From a virus (taxonomy: Duplodnaviria; Caudoviricetes), in the IMG/VR virus record IMGVR_UViG_3300036770_004125, positions 1 to 63,732 of that record: a DNA stretch of 63,732 nt; one strand, 5' to 3'. The position numbers and the translations under genes are program-made. Under the pieces are notes generated by a model. That model was not told where the DNA came from, made no database searches, and saw nothing but the letters and a program-made list of their open reading frames with translations. Every line of letters starts with the position of its first letter. Positions within the stretch are counted from its first letter, which is position 1. This document shows positions 41,640 to 50,582 of the stretch, in pieces.

Positions 41640-41888
41640 TCACATCATCGAAACAACCCGCATGATGGTAGAAACCTGCACCGGAGTTTGCCACCCGATT
41701 ACATCTTCCAACATGTTGTTGTCGGGTCTGATGATAGCAACCTCAAAAGTGTCGTTTTCGATGTTACCGTACAGACCAGAACCTTTCGGACCTGAAACTA
41801 CACTCACTGCCCACTTGTTGGGGAAAGTGTGCAGTGCAACCGTAGCACCTTCGATAACATGATCCCGAAAGTTCAGAGTGGAGAACAT
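41640..41888 (-). CDS. Cassette ORF, hypothetical
   Basis: MFSTLNF...FPNKWAVSVV...GLYG...TFEVAII. Confidence 0.7.
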   Translation of the reverse strand: MFSTLNFRDHVIEGATVALHTFPNKWAVSVVSGPKGSGLYGNIENDTFEVAIIRPDNNMLEDVIGWQTPVQVSTIMRVVSMM

Positions 41889-41959
41889 TGTCCTGTCCGA
41901 TTGACTGAAACAACTATAAGGGGTGGGAGGGGGCAGTGTGCCCCCCAGGTGGACACCTA

Positions 41960-42277
41960 TCAAACTGTCACAAGATCCTGCCAGGCACGGTAGGTTTCAG
42001 TAACCTTGCGGGCGAACTTGATCAGTTGAGGATAACCCTCAGTGCGACACCAAACATAACAAATTTGAAGAAAGTTCCAAACTTTCGTGAGAGTTTGAAT
42101 GGTAGCATCCTTGCCACCTTGCTGATACCATTGAACAAACTTTTCAGTGAGAACATAAACAACGGCAGCGATGGTGAGAATAATGGTCACAAACTGTTTC
42201 AGGAGTTTGTGATAATCAACCTTTGAAAGTTGCTGAATCAGGGCATCAGCGGGCGGGAAGTTGGCGGTGGTTTGCAT
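41960..42277 (-). CDS. Cassette ORF, membrane-anchored hypothetical protein
   Basis: MQTTANFPPADALI... with one hydrophobic segment; stop codon in a palindrome. Confidence 0.65.
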   Translation of the reverse strand: MQTTANFPPADALIQQLSKVDYHKLLKQFVTIILTIAAVVYVLTEKFVQWYQQGGKDATIQTLTKVWNFLQICYVWCRTEGYPQLIKFARKVTETYRAWQDLVTV

Positions 42278-42426
42278 TGTTCTGGGGTGGCGAGGGAAAA
42301 TGTAGAGGCGTCTCAACCACCCCCATAAGTTACCAGCATCGTGGGCGATCCGCAAGGGGGTCTGTGCCAGTTTGGAAAGTGGCACAGTGGTGGTTGCCAG
42401 GGGGTCGTGGGGTGCTATGATATGTT

Positions 42427-42535
42427 CATAAGCAAAGGGGAGCGGGGGCGCCGCGATGATACAAACCAAGTCACTCACCCTGCCTTAAAATAAGTTAGTA
42501 TAAAGTATAAAAAAAGAGGGCGATTGTGCCCTCTT
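42427..42535 (+). ncRNA. Candidate small RNA, copy 1 of 5 (others ~43160-43268, 44741-44848, 45717-45826, 48792-48899)
   Basis: + strand -10 box 29 nt after a palindrome; AAGGG...CCCT closing stem; AT-rich tract; terminator hairpin. Confidence 0.55.
42509..42535 (-). terminator. Rho-independent terminator (similar hairpins near 43241, 44825, 45798, 48872)
   Basis: AAGAGGGC-ACAATC-GCCCTCTT followed by a T tract on the minus strand. Confidence 0.8.
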
Positions 42536-42543
42536 GATTATAT

Positions 42544-43002
42544 TCACCAGAGACCTTCGTTCACCAGGCGATTGTAAAGAGTGTTAGCAAGTTTGCCGCA
42601 GTGATCACATGCCTTAGCGTACTTAATCTCAGACTTGAGAGCATACTTATCGGTGGTTTTGTAACCGCCGAACTTGTAACGATGTACTGCACTTACCAGT
42701 TTGAGCAGTTGGCGCTTTTTCAGATCTTCGCCCGCCATTTTATAGATGGGGATGAAGAAACGATAATCCTTAATTTCACGGCACTTGGCAAGTTTGTCAA
42801 CGATAACCTTAGATTCTTTGCCCCCAAAATAGGGAGTAAGTTCAACCATCAGGAAAGCATTGAAAGGTGCCAGTTGATCTGCCTTTTTCTTTTGATCCTC
42901 TTGAATCTCATTCAGTGCCTCACTGATAGTTTCAACACTCTTGAGAAAACTATCCTGCAGTTGCTGCAGTTGGGCGGTCAGAGTTTCAATGGTCGCAGTC
43001 AT
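42544..43002 (-). CDS. Cassette ORF, hypothetical (coiled-coil N terminus)
   Basis: MTATIETLTAQLQQLQ... (152 aa). Confidence 0.7.
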   Translation of the reverse strand: MTATIETLTAQLQQLQDSFLKSVETISEALNEIQEDQKKKADQLAPFNAFLMVELTPYFGGKESKVIVDKLAKCREIKDYRFFIPIYKMAGEDLKKRQLLKLVSAVHRYKFGGYKTTDKYALKSEIKYAKACDHCGKLANTLYNRLVNEGLW

Positions 43003-43271
43003 GATAGACTCTTGGGTTGGTGGTGGGTCGGGGCGTTTCGTTTCCCCCCGATGCACATAAGATACGGCAGATTCCGGGGCACCACAAGGGGGTGTGTGCC
43101 AGTTCAGAAACTGTCCCCTAAGACGGTCTTAGGGGTGCCCGATGCCTTACAATAAGATCACAAGGGAAGGGAACGCGGGCGGCGTGATGATACAAACCAA
43201 GACACTTACCCTGCGATAAAATAATACAATTATAAAGTATAAAAAAAGGGGGCGATTGTGCCCCCATTTGA

Positions 43272-43409
43272 TCACTCTTCAGGGCCATAAGCACACTCCA
43301 GAGAGTATGCTTCCAGTTCCTGATCATCCTCATAATAGGATGCCCAATCCTCCTCGGTGGGGATATACTCCTCGTCAATCTGCTGGTAGTCGGTGAAGGA
43401 ATAGGTCAT
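43272..43409 (-). CDS. Cassette ORF, highly acidic peptide
   Basis: MTYSFTDYQQIDEEYIPTEEDWASYYEDDQELEAYSLECAYGPEE (45 aa). Confidence 0.6.
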   Translation of the reverse strand: MTYSFTDYQQIDEEYIPTEEDWASYYEDDQELEAYSLECAYGPEE

Positions 43410-43479
43410 GGGGTGTTCCCTTGGTTGACTCTCTTAGATTAGGGGATGGGGGGTGGAAAGTCAACCCCCCTGTGCCAGT

Positions 43480-43719
43480 TCAGAAAGCGACCAGTTGATC
43501 AATCTCCCACTGGGGGACAGTGTATACTGTGCCGCCGCAGTTCTTTTTCAACCACGCATTGATGTGCTTAGTGGTGGTGGTGCTGTAGGACTGCTCAGTC
43601 CGCATCCAACCCCGACCAGGCACCAGTGCCGCAACTGGGGTGCTGTAGGAGAACAGAACGCAGGTTCCGTTTGCCAGTTCAACCTCAGTGCTGGTGGTGG
43701 TGACTTGATTGACTTTCAT
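43480..43719 (-). CDS. Cassette ORF, hypothetical
   Basis: VLFSYSTPVAA...YSTTTTKHINAW. Confidence 0.75.
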   Translation of the reverse strand: MKVNQVTTTSTEVELANGTCVLFSYSTPVAALVPGRGWMRTEQSYSTTTTKHINAWLKKNCGGTVYTVPQWEIDQLVAF

Positions 43720-43798
43720 GGTTCTGGTGGTGAACTGAGATCATTATAAGGGCACCAAGGGAACCACTGCGAGTCCCCTTGTGCCACTTGTCAGGGTG

Positions 43799-44035
43799 TC
43801 ACACTGCGGCGAGTGCTTCCACGGGGATCAGCACTTGCTCGCGGATCCAGCGGTGATAGGTTTGACCGATGGATGCCTCAGGATTGCTCAGGAAACTAAT
43901 CAGTTCCTGCTCATCATCAGTGACAAAATTATACACAGCATCAGGATTGCTCCGGAAAGAAACCTTAACATCCTGACCATCAATCTCAACGGAAGCGATG
44001 GCGGAAGATTGAGACTCGGTGAAAGTGAACAGCAT
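43799..44035 (-). CDS. Hypothetical protein, KTSC-like start
   Basis: SSAIASVEI...VSFRSN...YNF. Confidence 0.6.
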   Translation of the reverse strand: MLFTFTESQSSAIASVEIDGQDVKVSFRSNPDAVYNFVTDDEQELISFLSNPEASIGQTYHRWIREQVLIPVEALAAV

Positions 44036-44341
44036 AATAGAATAAGACCTGTAAGGTTTGTAAGATTGAGCAGTTTAGAGTCTTACTCAGGACTGTTTAA
44101 TCTTACGATTCTGCCCAGAGTTGGTGAATCTTACTCATGACATTGCTATAGTCATCAATGGGATCATGTTCATCATCCTCGCAAAACTCACGATTGTTTG
44201 CGACCAAAGAGTAGATCAGATCCCACTCAGATTCAGTAAAGAACTCTTTGATGGTTTGACTCATGGGGTTCGTTTGAACTGAGGTTATTGTAGGGGGTGG
44301 GGGGATCTTATGGCATCCCCCCTGTGTCAGTTTCTAGAGTG

Positions 44342-44614
44342 TCACACCCCCATCAGAATGGCACGGATGCGGTCACGCTTGCGGGGAGGATTGACCAGAC
44401 TCCAGCGGTTGCGCTGGAGTCGCTGCCCGTGGCGCTTCATAGATGCCCACAGGATGCCCTCTTGCTCCATCTCAACCATAATGGCATGGATGGTGCCCTT
44501 GTGGGAGCGGGGATCCATCCCCAGCATCCACACCAGATCGGAGCAGGTCGTCTCGGGGTTCACCGCCAGCACGGCACGGATGCGGGAACGGATGGAGGAG
44601 TTCAGGGAGCGCAT
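44342..44614 (-). CDS. Small basic protein, possible winged-helix DNA-binding fold
   Basis: IRAVLAVNPETTCSDLV...IHAIMVEMEQEGIL...RNRWSL. Confidence 0.55.
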   Translation of the reverse strand: MRSLNSSIRSRIRAVLAVNPETTCSDLVWMLGMDPRSHKGTIHAIMVEMEQEGILWASMKRHGQRLQRNRWSLVNPPRKRDRIRAILMGV

Positions 44615-44856
44615 TTGGGGTTCGTTTGAACTGAAGTCAGTATAGGGGGCAGGATGGGGGCAGTGCTGGGGTCGGTGTGCCAGTTCATAAGGTGGCACAG
44701 CAGGGTGGCACAGTGCCCCATGATGCCCTATACTAAGATCACAAGGGAAGAGGGAGCGGGGGCGCCGCGATGATACAAAACAAGACACTTACCCTGTCAA
44801 ATTATATTATTAGAATTATAATGAAAAAGAGGGCGATTGTGCCCTCTTGTTTATAC

Positions 44857-45591
44857 TCAGGCGGTCACGAGTTTCTTACTGTAACCGCTGAACTGTTTGT
44901 TAGCACGACGGGCGCGAATCGCCTTGCCCCATTCAGAACCTGCTTTCTGAGTTCCGTGTACTAACAGCGCAAACGGTTTGTCACCAAAACAGTGAGAATC
45001 GTCGTGATCAACTTCCAAACCTGCGGCGTTAGCATCATCATCCGTCATAAACACTTTGCTATAACGGGTGAAGAATCCTTCATCAATTAGATGATCCCAC
45101 TTGCCACCATAGGATGCGGTCAGGTAGAAGTTGGCAGGCAACTTAAAGTTGAGAAAGAGTTGCAAACTCTTGCTGTAGCAATAGAATTTCAGATCAGGAT
45201 TGCGGTGAGCAACTTCAATCCAGGCATCCAAATAAGCACCGGAGAAAAAGTCACCAGACTCGTGAATCCGCACGAGTTTGGTATTTTTAGTGCGATGATG
45301 TTGGATGCTGTCGTTGATCAGATCCGCAGCAGATCCATTCTGGATTGCATCAACAATCATCTTAAGATTGCTGGCACGATTCTCAAAAACCGCATCATAC
45401 TGCACCTCAGATGATGCAGCAAAACAACGAAACTCGGTGTGTTCGCCATCTTGAATGGTGCGCTTTCCGTTAGCATCAACCACGGCAAAACTCTTGCAAA
45501 ACATAGCACCGGGGCAAGTCTTGCCAGCGGGCAGGTTGAAGATCAGAGTTTGCTTGCCGAGTTTGGCGTTACCTTTGGAAAAGTTCAGCAC
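44857..45591 (-). CDS. GP88-like phage protein
   Basis: GNAKL...FNLPAGKTCPGA..C, VRIHESGDFFS, FYCYSKS. Confidence 0.75.
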   Translation of the reverse strand: MLNFSKGNAKLGKQTLIFNLPAGKTCPGAMFCKSFAVVDANGKRTIQDGEHTEFRCFAASSEVQYDAVFENRASNLKMIVDAIQNGSAADLINDSIQHHRTKNTKLVRIHESGDFFSGAYLDAWIEVAHRNPDLKFYCYSKSLQLFLNFKLPANFYLTASYGGKWDHLIDEGFFTRYSKVFMTDDDANAAGLEVDHDDSHCFGDKPFALLVHGTQKAGSEWGKAIRARRANKQFSGYSKKLVTA

Positions 45592-45829
45592 GGGAGGAAT
45601 CCCTGACGACTTCCATAAGTTACAGCAGAATCAGCACCAGTGCCAGGGTGTTGTGTCAGTTTGGAAAGTGGCACAGCGACTGCCCAATGGTGCTGGCGAT
45701 GCCTTAGAATATAGGAAAGAAAGAAAGGGACGGGAATCCCGACGACGACAACTTATAAGTAACCTGCCCTACCATAAAATAATCTAATATAAAGAATAAA
45801 AAAAGGAGAGTATAACTCTCCTCTTTGTG

Positions 45830-46018
45830 TTAGAATTCAATCTCCCAATCAGTGTCCCGATTCAGATTGACCCAGAAGTGGTATTTGTGATTCATGGATG
45901 TAACAAATACCTTGTCACCTTTGTTCTGTTCAATGATAACTTCATCCACAGAATCCATCAGGTTAGCAAACCGATTCTTTGCTTTCTTAGACTTAGGAAT
46001 GACAAATGCGGTTTCCAT
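45830..46018 (-). CDS. Cassette ORF, hypothetical
   Basis: METAFVIPKSKKAKNRFANLM... Confidence 0.65.
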   Translation of the reverse strand: METAFVIPKSKKAKNRFANLMDSVDEVIIEQNKGDKVFVTSMNHKYHFWVNLNRDTDWEIEF

Positions 46019-47287
46019 GAGAACCTCATCAACAGTGGTAGTATGGCAGGGGATCATGAGAATCACAACCCCCATTGTGCCAGTTTGGAAAGTGTCACAT
46101 CAGAAGACCATTTCTTCCAGTGTGGGTTGATCTTGCATTGCATCAGCATAACCACCAGCGATGTCAGCATCAACATCAGAATCAAAATCGCTCGTGATTG
46201 TGTCAAGAATTGACAGAATCTGTTCGCCATTCTGACCAGCGCGAAGCATACCGAGAAGCATTTCTTTAGTCATGATAAGAAAGAATAAGATGGTAAGGTG
46301 TGTAAGATGTGTAAGACTATAAGATTATCAGTTTCCGTCAGATTCTTCAGAAACTTCCACGACTTCAATCAGAGGAATGGGAATCCCATCAGGAGTCCAT
46401 TGAATGAGTTCAGATTCAAACAGAATGTCAAACATGATCAGAAGTCGTTACCAGAGTTGAGAAAGTCAGCGAAAGAAGCATCATCATAAGAATCCTCATC
46501 ATCATCAAAGATGGTAGGATCCTCTACCAATGCCTCATAAGGATCGTAATACAGTTCTTCGGTGTAAGCAGTCATGAGAGTGAGTTGCGAACAAAAGAAT
46601 TATAGCAGGCAGTTTAGAGACTTGCCTAGGTCTGATGTGCCAGTTAATCAGATGGCACTCGTGCCCTTGCTGACCCAGAGTGCCAGTCGCATCGTGCTCG
46701 CTTTCTTCACGGATTGCGAAGGGCGACCAGTAGCGTGGGCGAAGGCTTGCAGATCTTTACGGGTCACATCGGACACCATACCGATCAGAATCTTACGGGC
46801 ACCAGTCAGGAGTTGCTGTTGAGTCATGGAAGTTCGGTGTTGAACAAGAGAATTGTAGCAGGCAGTTTAGAGACTTGCCTAGGTCTGGTGTGCCAGTTGT
46901 CAAAGTGTCCTTATGACCTACTTTCCATAAACTCTGCCCAAGCATTAGCATCTGACTCAAATTGAAACAGAGCAATGCCTCCACCCATTTCTTCATCTAT
47001 AACCTGATACCATTGCATCAGAACTTCATTGTCAAGATGATAAACAGAATCAACAGAAAAACGAGGTTCAGTCATTGAGATAAGGTTCACGGAGGTCTTC
47101 TACGAATGCAAGTGCCTGCATCAATTCAGGGTCTTCATACTGTCTCCATTGTTTCAATGAATCCATTGCCTCTTGAATTGCGAAATGAATGTATTCAAGT
47201 TTTTCGTAGTCAGTCATGAGTTTCCTCAGGAACAAATACAATGTAGTAGGGATCTTATGAGAACACAAGACCCCTTGTACCAGTTTC

Positions 47288-47713
47288 TCAACTGTCCATT
47301 TTCACATGCTGCTCCAGAATACCATAAACATCATCAGAACCAATGAATGTGCCATCTTTCTTATAATAAGAAGTGCTACATTCAACACCAGAACGAGAAT
47401 CAATGGTAGCAGAATTGATCTCCATGATGTTAGAAGTCATCACAGGAAGAAACTGATCAATCAACCAATCCCACACTTCACTGTTGCTATTGAGTTCTTC
47501 AGTGTCACATTCAATCAGAAGTTTGCCACCACTGATGCGAACATAATCAGCAAAGTCTAGATCAAGGTTATCATTAGAATCAAGACCATAAAACTCAAAG
47601 ATAGAGTTTTCCTCTTGCACACAACGAACAGAAAGTCCATCCAGATAGGATTGAAGATCAAAATTGTCAACAACTTCACACTTAGCGGTGGCAACAAATT
47701 GAGTGTAGGACAT
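47288..47713 (-). CDS. Hypothetical acidic protein
   Basis: 141-aa ORF; stop codon inside the palindrome at 47276. Confidence 0.65.
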   Translation of the reverse strand: MSYTQFVATAKCEVVDNFDLQSYLDGLSVRCVQEENSIFEFYGLDSNDNLDLDFADYVRISGGKLLIECDTEELNSNSEVWDWLIDQFLPVMTSNIMEINSATIDSRSGVECSTSYYKKDGTFIGSDDVYGILEQHVKMDS

Positions 47714-48912
47714 AGTGGTGTCTCAGGAAAGAAGTTGGGAAAAGTTGTCAACAACAATTTGGCAGGCAATTCTTTGAACTTCATCCATTTGCCCCTCATC
47801 ATCAAACTGTGTTGCGAGAAGACAAATCAAATCCTCCTGGATTTGTTCACGGACAGAAAGAAGATCCGTTTGAGAAAGTGACATGGTGGTGTCTCAGGAA
47901 CGAATGTAATGTAACAGGAATCTTGGGGTCTTACAAGGTCTGATGTGCCAGTTTCTTAAGTGTCCACAGATACAACAAATTGACTCCTAAGTGATTGAAT
48001 TTAAACACAGCAATCCAATCAGGAATCGTCCTTCTTTTTGTTATTCATCTGTGTCACTTTTGATTTATTATGTCCTGTTTTATTGCGCCGGAGACAGGAA
48101 TACCAACTCCCTCTTTTATAATAATCATAAGAACACATAATGCATGTAAGAATCTTAATTCCTTATCAGATTGACTCTTTATCCCGTAGGAGAGTTCAAG
48201 TGCTGATGATAAGAATTATGAATTCTTATGATTTATTTATAAAATTATATCTTACATAAACTCCATCAGATAGTAATCAACTGTAATCTCCAGTTCTGCT
48301 GCCTTCTGTTCAATATCTTCTCCTGTGAGTTCCATAACCCAATAGGAGAGCATCTGCTGTTCTTCGGAGGTGAATTCCATGGGTTTCAGTGGTTACAACC
48401 TATCTTCAAAGGGGACAAACCTAGTCTAGCAGGAATCTTAGAGTCTTGTCAAGCCCCCCCCCTCAGAGTGCCATGACAAGAGTGGTTTCTCTATCTTCAC
48501 CAGGAAGATCTTGGAGTTTCTGATGAATCTTATCAAACTTATTGGCAAGATTCCAATAATAAGCAGATACATGAGTATCCTGACCATTCTTTTGTGCCTG
48601 TTCTTCTCTTACATACAGAACATGCATAATGTCCAGAATCTCACCAGAAGTCAAAGAAATAGAAGTCATGGGGTCTTTGTATGACTCTGATATCTTAAGG
48701 GTCTTCCTGGCGATCCTAGGCACCTCTCAGACAGTTTCCAAAGTGGCACAGCATCTCCACATGAGACCCTGCCATGCCTTAGAATATGATCACAAGCAAA
48801 GGAGGTCTGGGGTAAGACCTGATGTAAACCATCGCCACCGCCCCTGCAATGAAATAATTGTAAATAAACATAAAAAAAGAGTGCCCATAAGACACTCTTA
48901 TATTTGGAATTC

Positions 48913-49317
48913 TTATACTGCCAATGCTGCCTCAGGAATCTCTACAATCTCTGGGTACTTATCCTCAAACTGGTGCATATGATAGCAGATCCATTCACCA
49001 TCCTTATAAAGATATGCATATTCTTCACCATATTGAAGATACATATCCACACTGGGATCAAGACGAGGAGGACAATCTTCACCCCGTTGAGAGTAGTATT
49101 CAGGGCCATAAGTTCCATCAGCACTATCATCCCAACGTGATTCAGTCCAGCAAGAACTCATATCTCCACCATCAATGAGTTCTTCTACCTTTTCCTGAGT
49201 ATTATAGTGGGTCTTGAGAATACGACCCAACCACTCAGGATAACCATCCCAGTGATGATACACAGAAAGCACAGATTCGTCGGAGAGTTGAATACCAATG
49301 CGAGAACGAGTTGCCAT
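48913..49317 (-). CDS. Phage hypothetical protein
   Basis: MATRSRIG...SVYHHWDGYPEWLG...LIDGGDMSS...EEYAYLY. Confidence 0.8.
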   Translation of the reverse strand: MATRSRIGIQLSDESVLSVYHHWDGYPEWLGRILKTHYNTQEKVEELIDGGDMSSCWTESRWDDSADGTYGPEYYSQRGEDCPPRLDPSVDMYLQYGEEYAYLYKDGEWICYHMHQFEDKYPEIVEIPEAALAV

Positions 49318-49384
49318 GAGAGTTCAGTGGTGAACGAGTTCAGTATAAGGTGGATCTGATGGGTCTGAAGGGTCTTATGGACAC

Positions 49385-49639
49385 TCAGTAAAGTGTCACA
49401 CAAGCACCCAGACGAACCTGAGTATAACCTTTCTGCCAACGGATTGCTTCACCATTGACATGATGAATCCCATAGTAATACCTACGGGCATTCGTCTCAC
49501 TCAGACCCAGATGATCCGCCATTCGCTTAAAGGAATGAGTAGGATACAGTCTCTTATAAGCATTGGTCATCTCAGTCCAAAACTTAGCATCTTTGGTAAA
49601 ATTGATGCTGTTGGTGGGATGAACCTTGACAGTTTTCAT
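49385..49639 (-). CDS. Small HTH-like protein
   Basis: SFKRMADHLGLSETNARRYY fits a helix-turn-helix pattern. Confidence 0.6.
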   Translation of the reverse strand: MKTVKVHPTNSINFTKDAKFWTEMTNAYKRLYPTHSFKRMADHLGLSETNARRYYYGIHHVNGEAIRWQKGYTQVRLGACVTLY

Positions 49640-49754
49640 GAGGTCTCTGATGACGACTCGTTTAATATAAGGGAAATCTGATGCCTGTCCAGGGTCTTAT
49701 GTGCAACTTTTTGAACTGGCACACATAAGACCTTCTGATGCGTAATTTATGTTA

Positions 49755-49916
49755 TTATAGAGAAAAATCCTCTACATAAACCTCAACATTCTCTGCTGGT
49801 TCCAGTTGAAATAACTTATCAAAATCAATCTGACGAGCATCAAAATCAGGAAATACATCAAATTCCAGTGTTACTCTGACTTTCTTTTTTTGTGCCTGAA
49901 GAAATGCGACTGACAT
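49755..49916 (-). CDS. Hypothetical protein
   Basis: MSVAFLQAQKKKVRVTLEFDV... (53 aa), downstream of a canonical promoter. Confidence 0.6.
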   Translation of the reverse strand: MSVAFLQAQKKKVRVTLEFDVFPDFDARQIDFDKLFQLEPAENVEVYVEDFSL

Positions 49917-49948
49917 AAGACCTTGAACTCCTGAGGAACTATGAGTAT

Positions 49949-49977
49949 AGTATAGGGTATTATGAGGCGGTTGTCAA
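49949..49977 (-). promoter_or_regulatory. Sigma70-type promoter
   Basis: TTGACA-N17-TATACT. Confidence 0.8.
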
Positions 49978-50060
49978 GTGGTAATATTTAGGACATAAGA
50001 AAAAAGACCCGAAGGGGTTTCACTGCTCCCCATCAGGTCTTCGTGCCCACCAACATAAGA

Positions 50061-50089
50061 ATCATAAGGCATCGGAGGTATTCTGTCAA
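50061..50089 (-). promoter_or_regulatory. Sigma70-type promoter
   Basis: TTGACA-N17-TATGAT. Confidence 0.75.
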
Positions 50090-50099
50090 CTGGGCGGGG

Positions 50100-50500
50100 T
50101 ATTATGAGATCTTATGTGTGAGTTTGGAAATATTTGGAGTCCTTATGTGTATTTTTGTGTCGGAGTCTTATGATTTTTTGCGGGGGTCTTGACAAAAAAT
50201 GGTCAGCGTGTTAGGATAAAACATCCAAGATCACATAAGAATCTGGTGTTTTTTATAAGAACTCAGTGTTTTTCATAAGAATGTCGGTGAAATCTAATAA
50301 GTTTCATAAGAACTCGGTGTTTACTGATGTTTTTTATAAGAATTCATAAGAACCATCAAATGTGTAAGATTCATCAGAACCATCAGATGTGTAAGATTAT
50401 AAGACTATAAGATTATAAGAATGTAAGATCATAAGAACAATTAGAATCATAAAGACTATATGATCCATAAGACTTTATGACTGTAAAAACATAAGCAACT
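50100..50500. repeat. Non-coding array of short (CA)TAAGA repeats, origin-like
   Basis: Many ATAAGA/GTAAGA copies at 50230-50495; reverse-complement CTTATG copies at 50110-50172. Confidence 0.7.
50189..50217 (+). promoter_or_regulatory. Sigma70-type promoter firing into the TAAGA array
   Basis: TTGACA-N17-TAGGAT with an extended TG. Confidence 0.7.
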
Positions 50501-50582
50501 TTTCCACAACTACTAATTTATCACGATTTGCCCACAAAGTTTCTCATACTCTGCCCTATATAAAAAATCGTAGGGCAATCCA

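Noticed and set aside
42363-42386. CRP or NtcA binding site
   Set aside because: Does not match TGTGA-N6-TCACA or GTA-N8-TAC in spacing or sequence.
41960-44788. Long N-terminal extensions in the track (starts at 42478, 43056, 44788) and ORF 43118..43378
   Set aside because: They run through promoters, palindromes and the non-coding units; the real starts lie just downstream of the -10 boxes.
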